64,000 nt of DNA from Octopus sinensis (lineage: Eukaryota), in the NCBI RefSeq assembly GCF_006345805.1, contig NC_043015.1:41788001-41852000 (forward strand), in the 5' to 3' direction. The notes below the pieces were generated by a model, which saw only the letters and a list, made by a program, of their open reading frames with translations, made no database searches and was not told the origin of the DNA. Each line of letters starts with the position of its first letter. The stretch's first letter is position 1. Position numbers and translations under genes: made by a program. Positions 12,474 through 25,799 of the stretch are shown in pieces.

Positions 12474-12715
12474 TGTGTGTGCATGTGTGCGTGTGTGCGT
12501 GTGTGCATGTTTGTGTGTCTGTGTTTGTTCACTCGCAACATCGCTTGACAACCGATGGTGTTGTGTTTATGACCATATAACCTAGCGGTTCGGCAAAAGT
12601 GAACGATAGAATAAGTATTAGACTAACAAAGAATAAGCCCTAGAGTCGATTTGCTCGACTAAAGGCGGTGCTGCAGCACGGCCGCAGTCAAATAACTGAA
12701 ACAAATAAACGAATA
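12260..12715 (+). mobile_element. SINE family A copy
   Basis: Same architecture, slightly 5'-truncated. Confidence 0.85.
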
Positions 12716-13582
12716 TATATACATATATATGTGTGTGTATGTATGTATATATATATATATATCATAAAAAGGGTAAATAAGTTTTTCGTGGTTTTTTAGA
12801 CAACCAACAATTACCGGTAAATTTCGGTATGTAAATATGACTTTTAGCGTCAGGAACTTCTGTAGAGTTCAGTATATATAGTAGTATATAATTAAAAGGG
12901 CAGGCAACAGGTTGCTCTGCCGCATACCGAAGGAATTAGAAATGGCAGTCAAAGACTGTTTATTTCCATTTTCTACGAGTGGGGGCTCCATATACGACAT
13001 AACCCTGCGATTCACATACGCAAAATCGGAGTAGCAAATAAACGAAAACAATCTCTTACCGTTAATATATATATATATATATATATATGCGCGTGGTGTG
13101 TGTGTGTGTGTGTGTGGTGTGTGTGTGTGTGTGGTGTGTGTGTGTGTGTGTATGAATGTAGAAGCTCAGAAGAAAGGAGAATTTTAGTTTGTTTAATCCA
13201 TTTATGCATGTTTTGAGTAGACTTGTATTTCGTAATTCTGCCACGCAAATATTCGTGCGACTTAGTCAATCTGCGCATTTGATCGACTAATACTTTGCAA
13301 AGAGATAGAATCCATTTTATACGTCATTTAAAGCGTTACTAACCGTTGAAATACGCAGAGGAGGTACGTAAATCTAAGCTTTTTTACTAGATAATTACTT
13401 AATGTACCATGTAAATGTGAATTGAGGATTGTGAACTTTCTGTATAAAGTAGGAGTAGAAAGAAGGAGGCGGGTTAAGTAAATGAGATTTTGAAAGGAAA
13501 ATAATCTATATATTATTCACTAAGGAAGATATGCCATTTCAAAATAATAATGATAATAATAATAATGATGATGATGATGATA

Positions 13583-13648
<66 letters not shown>

Positions 13649-13804
13649 TAAAATAATAATAATAATAAATAATAAAAAAATGAACGAACTATTGAGTTTG
13701 GTGTAATGGCCTACCGATGTATACTATGAGTTTCTTTGTCCTAGGAGTCGGGAAGACACTCGGCAAGAAATGGAAGCAAATTTGAAAGAAGAAAAAAAAA
13801 AATA

Positions 13805-13838
<34 letters not shown>

Positions 13839-14081
13839 TTTCCCACATAAGAATAAATATTAGAAATTAAAATTGTTGCAATATGATTAAGATAAATTAA
13901 AATATAAATATAATAAAATAAATTTAAAATGAATTGAAATGATGAATTATAAATAATTGAAAAATAATTATTAGATAGTCTAATTAAAGAATTTTAAAGT
14001 TTTAAAATAATAATTAGATCCTTCGGGACAGTAACAGGAGTTTTCAAGAGGAATATGAAGGAAATCGGAAGAGAGTGCCCA

Positions 14082-14432
14082 TTGGCACTCCGTCGGTAAC
14101 GACGACGAGGGTTCCAGTTGATCCGATCAACGAAACAGCCTTCTCGTGAAATTAAGGTGCAAGTGTCTGAGCACTCCACAGATACGTGTACCCTTCTCGG
14201 GGAGATTCAGCGTGACACAGAGTGTGACACGGCTGAACCATCGAAATACAAGTACAACAGAAACAGGAAGAAAAAGTGAGAGAAAGTTGTGGTGAAAGAG
14301 TACAGCAGGGTTCGCCACCACCCTCTGCCGGAGCCTCGTGGAGCTTTAGGTGTTTTCGCTCAATAAACACTCACAACGCCCGGTCTGGGAATCGAAACCG
14401 CGATCCTACGACTGAGAGTCCGTTGCCCTAAC
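14082..14432 (-). mobile_element. SINE family D copy
   Basis: Reverse complement matches 61456-61841. Confidence 0.85.
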
Positions 14433-14544
14433 TCCTCCACAGACTACCCAGGAGAAATGTTAGAAAAGGATTGTCTCTGACACGGCTCGAATAATCAGGA
14501 AAGTATTCAATAGATAAAAAGAACGCATATCATGGTACCATAGG

Positions 14545-15100
14545 CTTCAGGTAACAAGCCCACTATGAATGCAAGACCCCAGGAGTTCCAACAAGACCTG
14601 AGTTGATTGGAAGTGCTATCATGTATGTTGCTTTGTCTTGGTATAAATGATGGACTACAGCAAATACTCTACTCAATACCGCATATTTGCTTGTCAATTG
14701 TCTGATCTTAACTAGTTGAATATGTCTTTTAGTGGCTGACGATATGTGCATCTCTGATCACGAGCAGAAATAGTGGGGGAGCATCATAGCCATGTGTTGA
14801 GAGGGATTCTTTGAAGTTTGGATAATTCACCTTTGGAAACATGGGTGTTTCATTCAATATCCCTAAACAACCCTTAATCAGGAACATTTTGAGCAGGATT
14901 GGCTATTCGACTTGAAGAAACTGCTAACTGGGCCCTAGCTGCAAGGTTTATCTTGATATGAGATCACCATGTCGTGCGCATATGGTTGTGATGCATGTGC
15001 CTGGTGTACCCTTATCAGACGGGTAGTCATGATGGGTATACTGGGGTTCGTATAACTGTACTCCAGTGTCGCTTTGATGGTATGCACTGCTCTCTCACTC

Positions 15101-15172
<72 letters not shown>
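14545..15172 (+). mobile_element. Interspersed repeat ending in an (AAT)n tail, probably the 3' end of a non-LTR element
   Basis: Non-coding body of about 560 bp running directly into a long (AAT)n. I recognise it as an abundant octopus-type repeat; the R4/Dong assignment is inference. Confidence 0.5.
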
Positions 15173-15174
<2 letters not shown>

Positions 15175-15234
15175 GGTTTCAATTTAGGCACAAGGCCATT
15201 AATTTCGGGGGAAGGGTTAAATCCTTAACTTGCT

Positions 15235-15385
15235 TCCTCCATCTGTGGTGATGATAGGCATTGTTGTCCCAGGCAGTCTCCTGCACATCACAGTTATTTA
15301 ATGAGAAATTGACACAGTCCTTAAATCGCAGCCTTAGTTTCTGCCGGGGTCTCTTTCCATTCACAAGTTCCCCATATAGCATATG
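15235..15385 (-). mobile_element. RTE-type LINE ORF C-terminal fragment
   Basis: LYGELVNGKRPRQKLRLRFKDCV...AWDNNAYHHHRWRKQV resembles the RTE/BovB C-terminus. Confidence 0.75.
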
Positions 15386-15839
15386 TATATATAAATATGT
15401 ATACATCTAGACATATATATATACGTGGGACTATATGTAACTATTGTTGCAAAACTTTCCTGCGAGACCCAATTTCACCCTCAGCTCATTTCACACGTAT
15501 ATAGGGAAGGGAGGAACTATTTTCAGTGAGCACGTATGAATATCTCTGCAGATCAGTTATGCGTCGATGTTTTTTTCTATGTACGACAATGCATATACAT
15601 CTGCCCACGCAAACGTCTGATTCCAGCGCACGTATTTCACATATGAGAGCGTATTTTTGTTTTTACATCAAGCTTGACATTAATAATTCATTTTCAGGAA
15701 CAATATGACTTATTTTATCAGATCTGAAGCTCCGACATTATTTTGGTGGATTTGTGGAAATGTCATATATGGAATATGAACGGAATTAATGTATACTATC
15801 ACACATATAAAGGCACACATGGACAGGAAGACACACACA

Positions 15840-16006
15840 CACATGTATGTAACTAGATAGATATATAGATACATACATACATACATATATACATACATAC
15901 ATACATACATACATACATACATACATACATACATACATACATACATACATACATACATACCTGCATATATACAAACACACATATATGCAGCTATATTTAT
16001 AAATTT

Positions 16007-16045
<39 letters not shown>

Positions 16046-16062
16046 CATATACAGATAGATAA

Positions 16063-16120
<58 letters not shown>

Positions 16121-16215
16121 CATATACAGATAGATAAATAGATAGATATATACATACATACATATACATACATACCTGCATACATACAAACATATATGCA
16201 GCTGTTTATAGACAA

Positions 16216-16309
<94 letters not shown>

Positions 16310-16360
16310 TGATAGATAGATAGATAGATTGATAGATAGATAGATAGACAGAGAGAGACA
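15840..16360. repeat. (CATA)n/(GATA)n microsatellite block
   Basis: Direct reading. Confidence 0.95.
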
Positions 16361-16689
16361 CAGATACATTCATATATACAAACATGGATACACCAAAACG
16401 CAAAGATGCGCAGACACCCACGCATTAAAACACACGAACACATACAGACACAAATACACACACACATACACAATATACACACACACACACACACACACAA
16501 ACGTACTGATATATGGATATATTTTACATAATGGACCTTCGGAAATAATGAGAGAGAGAGAAAGAGAGAGACAGAGACAGCGAGATGCATTATCTATAGA
16601 GATATGCTTCTACACGCAGCTGCGTGTGTATAAATATACGTGCATGTTCATGTTATGCATTTGTGTGTGTATGCGAGCGTGTGTGTGTG

Positions 16690-16740
<51 letters not shown>

Positions 16741-16811
16741 CATAAAGTTAGAAGATAGAAAGGTTGATAGATATGACAACACATAGTTATGCTCATATCT
16801 ATCTATCTATC

Positions 16812-16848
<37 letters not shown>

Positions 16849-17027
16849 GTGTGTGTGTTTGTGTGTGTGTATAAATGCATCAGAAGTAAGTAATATATAT
16901 ATTACCAGAATGTTTTATCAAATTTGCAATCGCAGTATTTTAATGCTGTTATTTGGCTTTCTCTCTTGCAGGCCGTGTTTTGACCGACGTCTGTCTTATG
17001 TTACTGACATCTTTCTCATTATACATT

Positions 17028-17064
<37 letters not shown>

Positions 17065-17474
17065 ATATATGTACACACACACACACATCTATATATATAT
17101 ATAGACGTTTGTATGCAGTTATTGCAGTGCACGTACGCACGTGCATATAACATAGAATGTCCGATCTCCCATCATAGATTCCAATGAGAGACATCAGAAT
17201 TGAAACATGAATAGAGAGAGCAACATAACATCAACATCGGCAACAACAACAACATTAACAACACCAAACACTTTAACAACAGCAACAATAAGAACAACAA
17301 CAACAATAACAATAAATATCTGATTATTAACATGATAAATACATCGCCATGTTCTTTTTTATATTTTTTGTAGTTTAAAGCGTGGTTCGGTTTTCGTTAT
17401 TTATATATCTCTTACGCTTTTTTACTTAATATTTCATATCGCATACTAAGCCAACTGCTTATATACATACATAC

Positions 17475-17516
<42 letters not shown>

Positions 17517-17594
17517 ATAATATATTATATATTATAATATGATACATATATATACATATAATTGTATTTATATATGTATATAATATACATATAT

Positions 17595-17670
17595 ATACTA
17601 TAGCCTCGGGCGACCAAAGCCTTGTAAGTGGATTTGGTAGACGGACACTAAAACAAGCCCGTCATATATA

Positions 17671-17711
<41 letters not shown>

Positions 17712-17905
17712 ATTTGTGTTTGTGTTTGTTCCTCCCACCCACCCAACATCCTTTGGTAACCGATGCTGGCGTGTTTACGTTTGGCAAAAGAGACGGATAG
17801 AATAAGTACTAGGCTTCCAAAGAATAAGTCCTGGGGACGATTTGCTCGACTAAAGGCGGTGCCCCAGCATGGCCGCAGTCAAATGACTGAAACATGTAAA
17901 GAGTA
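17595..17905 (+). mobile_element. 5'-truncated SINE family A
   Basis: Body, internal TG repeat and tail. Confidence 0.85.
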
Positions 17906-17943
17906 TATATATATCTATACGTGTCTGTGTGTGTATATATATC

Positions 17944-18007
<64 letters not shown>

Positions 18008-18185
18008 TTAGGGAGTATTGAGTTGCGTAATAGTGGTTTTATCTCTAATTTATATTACATATATATATATATATTCGTTGTAAGCCTAATACTTATTCTA
18101 TCGGTCTCTTCGGAACATGTTTCTTAAGCGTGGCACTCATTATATCGGTGTCTGTTGCCGAATCGCTGCGTCACAGAGACATAGA

Positions 18186-18615
18186 CAAACCAATGTTTTT
18201 GATTTCATGCTGTAGATAATTGGTGAGGATCTGTTGTTCGAGAATTGCACGGATGTAGCCTTCAAATAGGGTTGTGGTAAACATGTCCGTAATCCATGCC
18301 TTTGCCATAATCAGTCCCTTTTCTGGGTACCCATGTAATATCTTCTCTGTGAACTGCTCCATCATATTTTGTTCTTCTGATAAATAGATGTTACCAATAA
18401 CCCTTGTTTCGGTTCTTATTTCATAACTCTCCTCAAATTCAGGGCAAGATAATAACAGACAACAGAAGCCCTCACACAAACCTGGAAGTACGTATATTAC
18501 TACTACTCGATGGCACAGGGTAAATCTGAATGTGGACGAGTTTTATACTGAACTCTACTACGATCTTTGCAGCATACACCATAACTATACATATATCCCT
18601 TGATGTCTGTCTTAT
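18186..18615 (-). mobile_element. R4/Dong-type LINE fragment (post-RT region up to the QEQ motif)
   Basis: FTEKILHGYPEK...TTTLFEGYIRAILEQQILTNYL is homologous to the region preceding QEQEISTKYL seen at 49340. Confidence 0.7.
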
Positions 18616-18634
18616 GATGGTAGGGTGTGATTTG

Positions 18635-18866
18635 GGCGGCGAGCTGGCAGAAACGTTAAGCACACCGGACCAAATGCTTAGCGGTATTTCGTCTGCCGTT
18701 ACGTTCTGAGTTCAAATTCCGCCGAGGTCGACTTTGCCTTTCATCCTTTCGGGGTCGATAAATTAAGTACCAGTTACGCACTGGGGTCGATATAATCGAC
18801 TTAATCCGTTTCTCTGTCCTTGTTTGTCCCCTCTGTGTTTAGCCCCTTGTGGGTAGTAAAGAAATA
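18635..18866 (+). mobile_element. Full-length SINE family B1 with 16-bp TSD
   Basis: Flanked by GGTAGGGTGTGATTTG at 18619-18634 and 18867-18882. Confidence 0.92.
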
Positions 18867-19177
18867 GGTAGGGTGTGATTTGAAAGAGATTTCGCTATTA
18901 TTTCTAACTGGTCTATCGTTCACGTGAACGAAATGCTAAATCGTTGACCTGTAGTATAATCGTTTTTAAAACATCAACATTTATAATAAAACTGTTTCCT
19001 GGTATAAATCGACTTTTACTCAACGCAAACTGACAGAAAATAAACCAAGAACACGCGAACAATTAACGCACAGCAACACAATAATGACTTATATATCATT
19101 GTGTGTACATGTGCCTGTAAATATATATATATATACATACATACATACATACATACATACATACATACATACATACA

Positions 19178-19209
<32 letters not shown>

Positions 19210-19385
19210 CACACGTATATACAATGATATATGTATAGTTTCTTTGTAGACGCTGATTTTCTTTAAGTAAAATATACTTTATTACATATTTTCTATAGAC
19301 TTCTATTACTGAGAAATTGATGTTTCAGAAAACATTTTCACAAATTATCCACCATAATCACCATTAATATTATCATCATCATCAT

Positions 19386-19600
19386 TAAGGCGGCGAGCTG
19401 GCTGCATCGTTAGTTTTCTAGGTAAAATGCTTGCCGACATTTCGTCCGTCTTTATTTTCTGAGATGAAACTCTGCCGAGGTGGACTTTACCTTTCTGAAT
19501 TTCAGGGTCCATAAAACAAGTACCAGTTGAGCAATATGGTTGATTTCTTCTTTTTTGCCCTTCTCGTTAGAAATTGCTGACTTTGTGTCAAAATTAGAAA
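19386..19600 (+). mobile_element. Diverged SINE family B3
   Basis: B-type head and module, with tail GAAATTGCTGACTTTGTGTCAAAATT. Confidence 0.65.
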
Positions 19601-19917
19601 ATAATAATTATTTTTAGAACTACTGTGGGATCCCTTTCGAGGAGGAGTTTCAGAGACCTGTTTCTGCGTATGTAAATGTTATTTAAATGAATCTGGGTGC
19701 CGAGATATCAATTGCTGATCACCACTACATAGGTACTTGAAACTAATATCGAAGCGTTTCCTTAACATTTAGCGAAAGTGGCGTGTGCTACCAGATCATA
19801 CTCGACCGCGGCTATGGTATGCTTTGTGGTGAATACCATCTCTATGTAACGTGAATGCGTTTGCTTCTGTTGGCCTCTTTAGACCGGATCTGACCATCAA
19901 ACACAAAGCTGGATATA

Positions 19918-20745
19918 TTGGGTTGTCCGGAAAGTTCACGCCGATTTATAGTAGCTTATCTTTCGACTTATTTTAGAACATGGCTGAGTTCATAAAATAG
20001 GATTTGATTACATCATTTAGAGCACAGTTTAAGCTATCTTTTTGTGGAAGAAGGTTTATGTTCCTATAACCTGTGTTAATTCTGTAATCCTTTAAAATGG
20101 AAGATAAGAAAGTTCATTTTCGGCACTTGATGCTTTGGCAATCAGACAAAAATTTCTGCAGCTCGGCTGGGAAGTGTTACCCCAACCTCCATATTCACCA
20201 GAGGTTGCTCCTTCAGATTTCCACTTATTCAGATCTCTGCAGAATAGTCTGAATGGTAAAAATTTCATTTGATTACATCATTTAGAGCACAGTTTAAGCT
20301 ATCTTTTTGTGGAAGAAGGTTTATGTTCCTATAACCTGTGTTAATTCTGTAATCCTTTAAAATGGAAGATAAGAAAGTTCATTTTCGGCACTTGATGCTT
20401 TGGCAATCAGACAAAAATTTCTGCAGCTCGGCTGGGAAGTGTTACCCCAACCTCCATATTCACCAGAGGTTGCTCCTTCAGATTTCCACTTATTCAGATC
20501 TCTGCAGAATAGTCTGAATGGTAAAAATTTCATTTCCTTGGATGACGTAAAAAGACACCGTGATGAATTCTTTACCATGAAACCACCTCAATTCTGGGAG
20601 GAGAGTATTTTCAAGTTAAAGGAAAGATGGAGACGCATTGTGCAACAAAATGGTTCATATTTGGTTGATGAAAAATGTAATGGCAAGTATTTATTGACCT
20701 TTTTCTTGCCTTTTAAAATCGTCACGAACTTTACGGACAACGCAA
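19918..20745 (+). mobile_element. Internally deleted mariner with both TIRs and an internal 265-bp tandem duplication
   Basis: TIRs TTGGGTTGTCCGGAAAGTTC and GAACTTTACGGACAACGCAA with flanking TA. MEDKKVHFRHLML is fused to LGWEVLPQPPYSPEVAPSDFHLFRSLQN...ERWRRIVQQNG. Confidence 0.9.
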
Positions 20746-21139
20746 TATTTACCTATTTATGTATTAGGCAGTATTTGATACATACAGTCACGTTCCCTAA
20801 GTATGGTCTTACGGCATAGCTACAACTACTGTTGATGCTTCTTCAAGTTCCGACTTTCGCTAGTGGAAATGAAATTCATTTCTTTTAAGAATTTGTGTTT
20901 CTACGAAGATAATGGATTCTGTAACATCTATCTTAATAATAATCGTTATTTTTATTTAACAAATATTATTCTAGCAATGATTTGTGGAGTTGGTATTATT
21001 TTTATAAATTATTTACAACGCATTTTTGGCGTATAGCAAAGATGTTAATAAAATATATTAAGTTATATATTAAATCAAATATCACCTGGATATAAAACTT
21101 AACGTCTTTGTTCATTATTCATTTTCAGAACGTGGTTAT

Positions 21140-21197
<58 letters not shown>

Positions 21198-21339
21198 AAC
21201 ACACATACACACACACGTACGTACACAAACGTGCATACATATATAAAAATATCTATGTGTGATTGTGTGTATGGATACAAATATATAATTGTAAAAGTGT
21301 GTGTGTATGTATGTACGTATGTATGTGTATGTATGTATA

Positions 21340-21390
<51 letters not shown>

Positions 21391-21892
21391 TACAGATGCA
21401 CACGTATACACATACATACATGCATACATATGCACAGATACACACACACACACAAACAAACACTCTCATATAAATATATATGTATAAACACATATAAATG
21501 TGTGTGTGTGCGTCAAATTATTAAGTTAGATAAAGGTAAAAATTCTCACTTCATATTGCATTCGGGCTTCTATTTTTGGTTTTATCTTTGAAATTTTCAC
21601 ATTGCATTTTTATGTCTTTATAAATTATTATTATTGAGATGTCGAAATGGACAAAGCGCTTCCGTTGTGTTCAGTTTTAAAACATTTACATCCCAGCAGT
21701 ATAAGCAGAGGTTATTATTATAATACTATTCTTACACGACCCCTTTAAGAAAACGAAACACACAATTAGCTCCTTATCAGATCTTTATAGTAGGATAGGC
21801 AAGATTCGTGCAAAAGCGCCGTTTCGGATCAGTCCATTCTGGGTACCGGCACACAGTTGTTTGACAAACAAAAATTCTTCATCAAATTCTTC

Positions 21893-22311
21893 AGGCGCAG
21901 GAGTGACTGTGTGGTAAGTAGCTTGTTTACCAACCACATGGTTCCGGGTTCAGTCCCACTGCGTGGCACCTTGGGCAAGTGTCTTCTACTATAGCCTCGG
22001 GCCGACCAAACCCTTGTGAGTGGATTTGGTAGACGGAAACTGAAAGAAGCCCGTCGTATATATGTATATGTATATATGTATATATATATATATGCGTGTG
22101 TGTATGTTTGTGTGTCTGTGTTTGTCCCCCCAACATCGCTTGACAACCGATGTTGGTGTGTTTATGTCCCCGTCACTTAACAGTTCGGCAAAAGAGACCG
22201 ATAGAATAAGTACTGGGCTTACAACAGAATAAGTCCCGGGGTCGAGTTGCTCGATTAAAGGCGGTGCTCCAGCATGGCCGCAGTCGAATGACTGAAACAA
22301 GTAAAAGAGTA
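21893..22311 (+). mobile_element. Full-length SINE family A
   Basis: Complete head, CORE-like box, microsatellite and tail. Confidence 0.9.
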
Positions 22312-22558
22312 AGTCATTTTTCTGTTCATTTATTTTCTTTTTCTTGATTTTGAGTTTCGTGGTAGGGATTAAGGAATTCGCTTCGCGACAGCCTGATTTC
22401 GTGTTCAGTCCCACAGAGCGGTATCGAGGGCAAATGTATTTTACTATAGCCTTGGAACGTCTAATGCACTATGAGTGAAAATAACTGAAGGAAACTGCAT
22501 GGAAGCCTGTCACATGAGTCTCTGTGTGCAAGTACGTATGTACATAAGCATGTACATG

Positions 22559-22589
<31 letters not shown>

Positions 22590-22594
<5 letters not shown>

Positions 22595-22890
22595 GGAGTA
22601 AGCACATAAATGTGAAACAAGGTGGGTAAAAGAGTACTCAAATACCAGAGGTAGAGTAATATGCTTTATTTAAAAGCAGCAGAAATATAACAAAAGCTGT
22701 TACTCAGAGTTTCACGTTCCCGTTCGTCGGACAGTTTTGGTTTCACGTTCCCGTTCGTCAACTGTCCGATGAACGGGAACGTGAAACTCTGAGTAACAGC
22801 TTTTGTTATATTTCTGCTGCTTTTGAATAAAGTATATATATATATATACGTAAAGTAAATGTCGAACAACGAAAGTGAGTACTCAACACT
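22590..22890. mobile_element. PLE-derived fold-back repeat (72-bp inverted arms carrying hammerhead-like motifs)
   Basis: Arms 22665-22736 and 22760-22831 are reverse complements with 2 mismatches. Confidence 0.75.
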
Positions 22891-23375
22891 GCATTCGCAG
22901 ATATTTTGTTTCCCTGTGTGTGTATTAAGGCTACCATTGGTTTCATGTAGAAAAAAAATATTTTATAAAGCTAAACAATTTTTCAAGCCGATCACATGGG
23001 GGAACGATATCTGTCTCCATTTTGAATGAAAACACAAAACGTATAAATAGCTAGTTAGAAAATCTCAATAAGAGATGAAAGCAGTAACTATACTGGAAAT
23101 TAATGTTTGTCTCCACTTCAGCATGGCTCTTCCGTACGAACCGACGTCACCACCATTTTTAACTCCAAGAGGAAGCTTCCTCTAGCTGATTGTGGATGCA
23201 ATCTGCAGCTCGAGAGGAGGAGTAGATAGGCAGCCAACAACTGATGAAGGGTCGTTCTTTATGTTACTTGTCCTGGTTTCCATTTGATTCTCCCATTGTT
23301 TGTGTACTCAACTCATTTGTTTTCGTATTTCATGTCGTTTACTGTTTGGTGACGTCCTGTACCCATATATCCATA

Positions 23376-23411
<36 letters not shown>

Positions 23412-23469
23412 TGTGTGTGTGTGTGTGTGTGTACGTATACATATATATGATGAATCTGTTGCGAAGCGG

Positions 23470-24095
23470 CTTATAAATCTAATATTTTCCTATCCTTTCT
23501 TAATACTGGTTCCCATATGCTGCTCAAATCTGCACTCGGTCTCCTTAGGAGGTTATTATGTCCTAGCATATGTGCTGCCTCTTTTAGTTTTCTTATTTTC
23601 CAGTGGTGTTCTCTGTCTATTATTTTAATTTCATCCCACAGGGGTAGGTGGTCTCCATTTTTCCATACATGATCAGCTATACCCGTTTTATCAATATCTT
23701 CTCGTGACACAGCTTTGCGAAGTTCGTCTACCCTTATTTTGAGGGAGCAGCATGTTTCGTCTTTCTATAACCTACCACAGCTGCATGTGATAGAATACAC
23801 GCAGTCTTTGGTCATATTCTCTTCTATTGGTGATTTTACTCGAAGGAGATATTTGCGAAGTACTGTATTACTCTTGAATACTGTCCTGATGTCATTTGGG
23901 CCCCAATCTTTTGTATCTTTTCGGAGGGGCCTTTCACATAGGGTAGACAGGCTATGGACAGTTTATTGTCCCCCTCAAAATAAGGGTAGACGAACATCTC
24001 AAAGCTGTGACACAAGGACATATTGATAAATCGGGTATAGCTGATTATGTACGGAGTGACGACCAGGCCGTTTTGCATAACAACCGTTCAACCAA
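23470..24095 (-). mobile_element. Penelope-like element C-terminus (RT thumb to GIY-YIG)
   Basis: LPYVKGPSEKIQKIG, CVYSITCSCG, and TGIADHVWKNGDHLPLWDEIKIIDREHHWKIRKLKEAAHM. Confidence 0.85.
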
Positions 24096-25330
24096 GCTGC
24101 CAGGGAGACGGCGAAGCCATAGGACTGCACCGTGGCAGATTGGGAAGAAACAGCAGGAGAACTGAATTGAGCCAACAATGCTTCTTACATTGATATTGAG
24201 CGGAGGGACACTAGAACGTCAACGGTCATGATCACCAACCCCTATGTAGATAGTAACTACAACGGATGCAAAAGGGTTGAAAGGAAGTTCATAGTTGTGC
24301 TATCAGCTAAAGAAAGACTAAATGTGACGTAAACTTCAAGTTTAAATTCATAATAGAACTGAATGGCAACAGAGGGTCACGAGAAGCTGTGCAAACAGTA
24401 GGACGATCCTCGTATTGTTGAAACAGAAACTTGTAATCCTGTCTATGAGTCTCCGCAGCTGTATCGTTCACTGTATCTACTCACAAGGGTCTGGTCAGCC
24501 CGCGGCTTCTGTAGAAGACAGCAAAGGTGCCACGCATTGGTATTAAACCCCAGACCGTGTGGTTGTTAAGCAAATTTATTACAATACAGCTACACGGATG
24601 AAATATCAATTAGTACCTCAAGATCAGGGGATTAATCTTAATAATGCTCCGCCTCCCCTCGAAAGAAAGGTGATGCAATGCTATGTAAATATGGAAGACT
24701 TTAAAATAGATTCCAGCAAGAACAGAGTGTTTTTGTTTTTGTTATTGTTCTTTTTTTTGTTTTTGTAAAACAGCGTCGAAATAGAAGCGGATTAAAGGCG
24801 AACCTGTCAGAGAACTTTTAGTATTGTGATTACCAATGGCAGAACATTAAACAGGTTGGTCGTAGGGGAAATAGGGAGTGGAGGAGGGGAAGGAAGAGAG
24901 ATGGTAGACAAGGAGGAGGAGGAGGAGGTGGCGGAGAGAGGTAGTAAATGGGGACATATTTCGTGTTTGCCTTTCTGTGTAAAAATTTTTTCTTGTCTCA
25001 TTAAATCGAAAATCATTTATTTTTAGAGCATTCAGACAAAAGAAGTGCTTGCTTCTCTGTGTGTGTGCGTGTGCGTGTGTGTGTATGCATGCGTGTGTGT
25101 GTGTGTGTAAATGCACACACACACATCTATCTCTCTCTCTCTATATATATACAGATGCTGTTTCGCGCACACGCACAAACATTGAAATAGTCGAAAGAAA
25201 ACAATAGCTTCAGGTGTTTTGGTTTAGGACCGATCCTTAGGTAAACAAGTGTTGTGTGTTTGAAATACACATAAAATATAATAAAAGTTCTGTCGAAGAT
25301 GCTGTCTCCATGGACGGGTATTGTTTCACT

Positions 25331-25765
25331 GAGGCGGCGAGCTGACAGAACCGTTAGCACGCCGGGCGAAATGCTTAACATCTGCCGTTGCGTTCGGAGT
25401 TCAAATTCCGCCGAGGTCGACTTTGCCTTTCATCCTTTCGGTTCGATTGAATAAGTACCTATTTCTTTACTAACCACAAGGAACTAAACACAGAGAGGAC
25501 AAACAAGGACAGACAAACGGATTAAGTCGATTATATCGGCCCCAGTGCGTAACTGGATCTTAATTTATGGACCTCGAAAGGATGAAAGTCGACCTCGGCG
25601 GAATTTGAACTCAGAGCGTAACGGCAGACGAAATACCGCTAGGCATTTCGCCCGGATTGAATAAGTACCAGTTACGCACTGGGGTCAATGTAATCGACTT
25701 AATCCGTTTGTCTGACCGTGTTTGTCCCCTCTATGTTTAGTCCCCTGTGGGCTATAAAGAAATAA
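25331..25765. mobile_element. SINE B copy with an antisense SINE B1 nested inside it
   Basis: The insert (about 25459-25654, minus) is flanked by ATTGAATAAGTACC direct repeats that are part of the host SINE. Confidence 0.85.
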
Positions 25766-25799
25766 AAATAAATAAATCTAATTGTTTCTACACAGACAG

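Noticed and set aside
13745-13790. GVGKT P-loop-like peptide after a tag acceptor
   Set aside because: Stop codon within a few residues and no donor; chance match.
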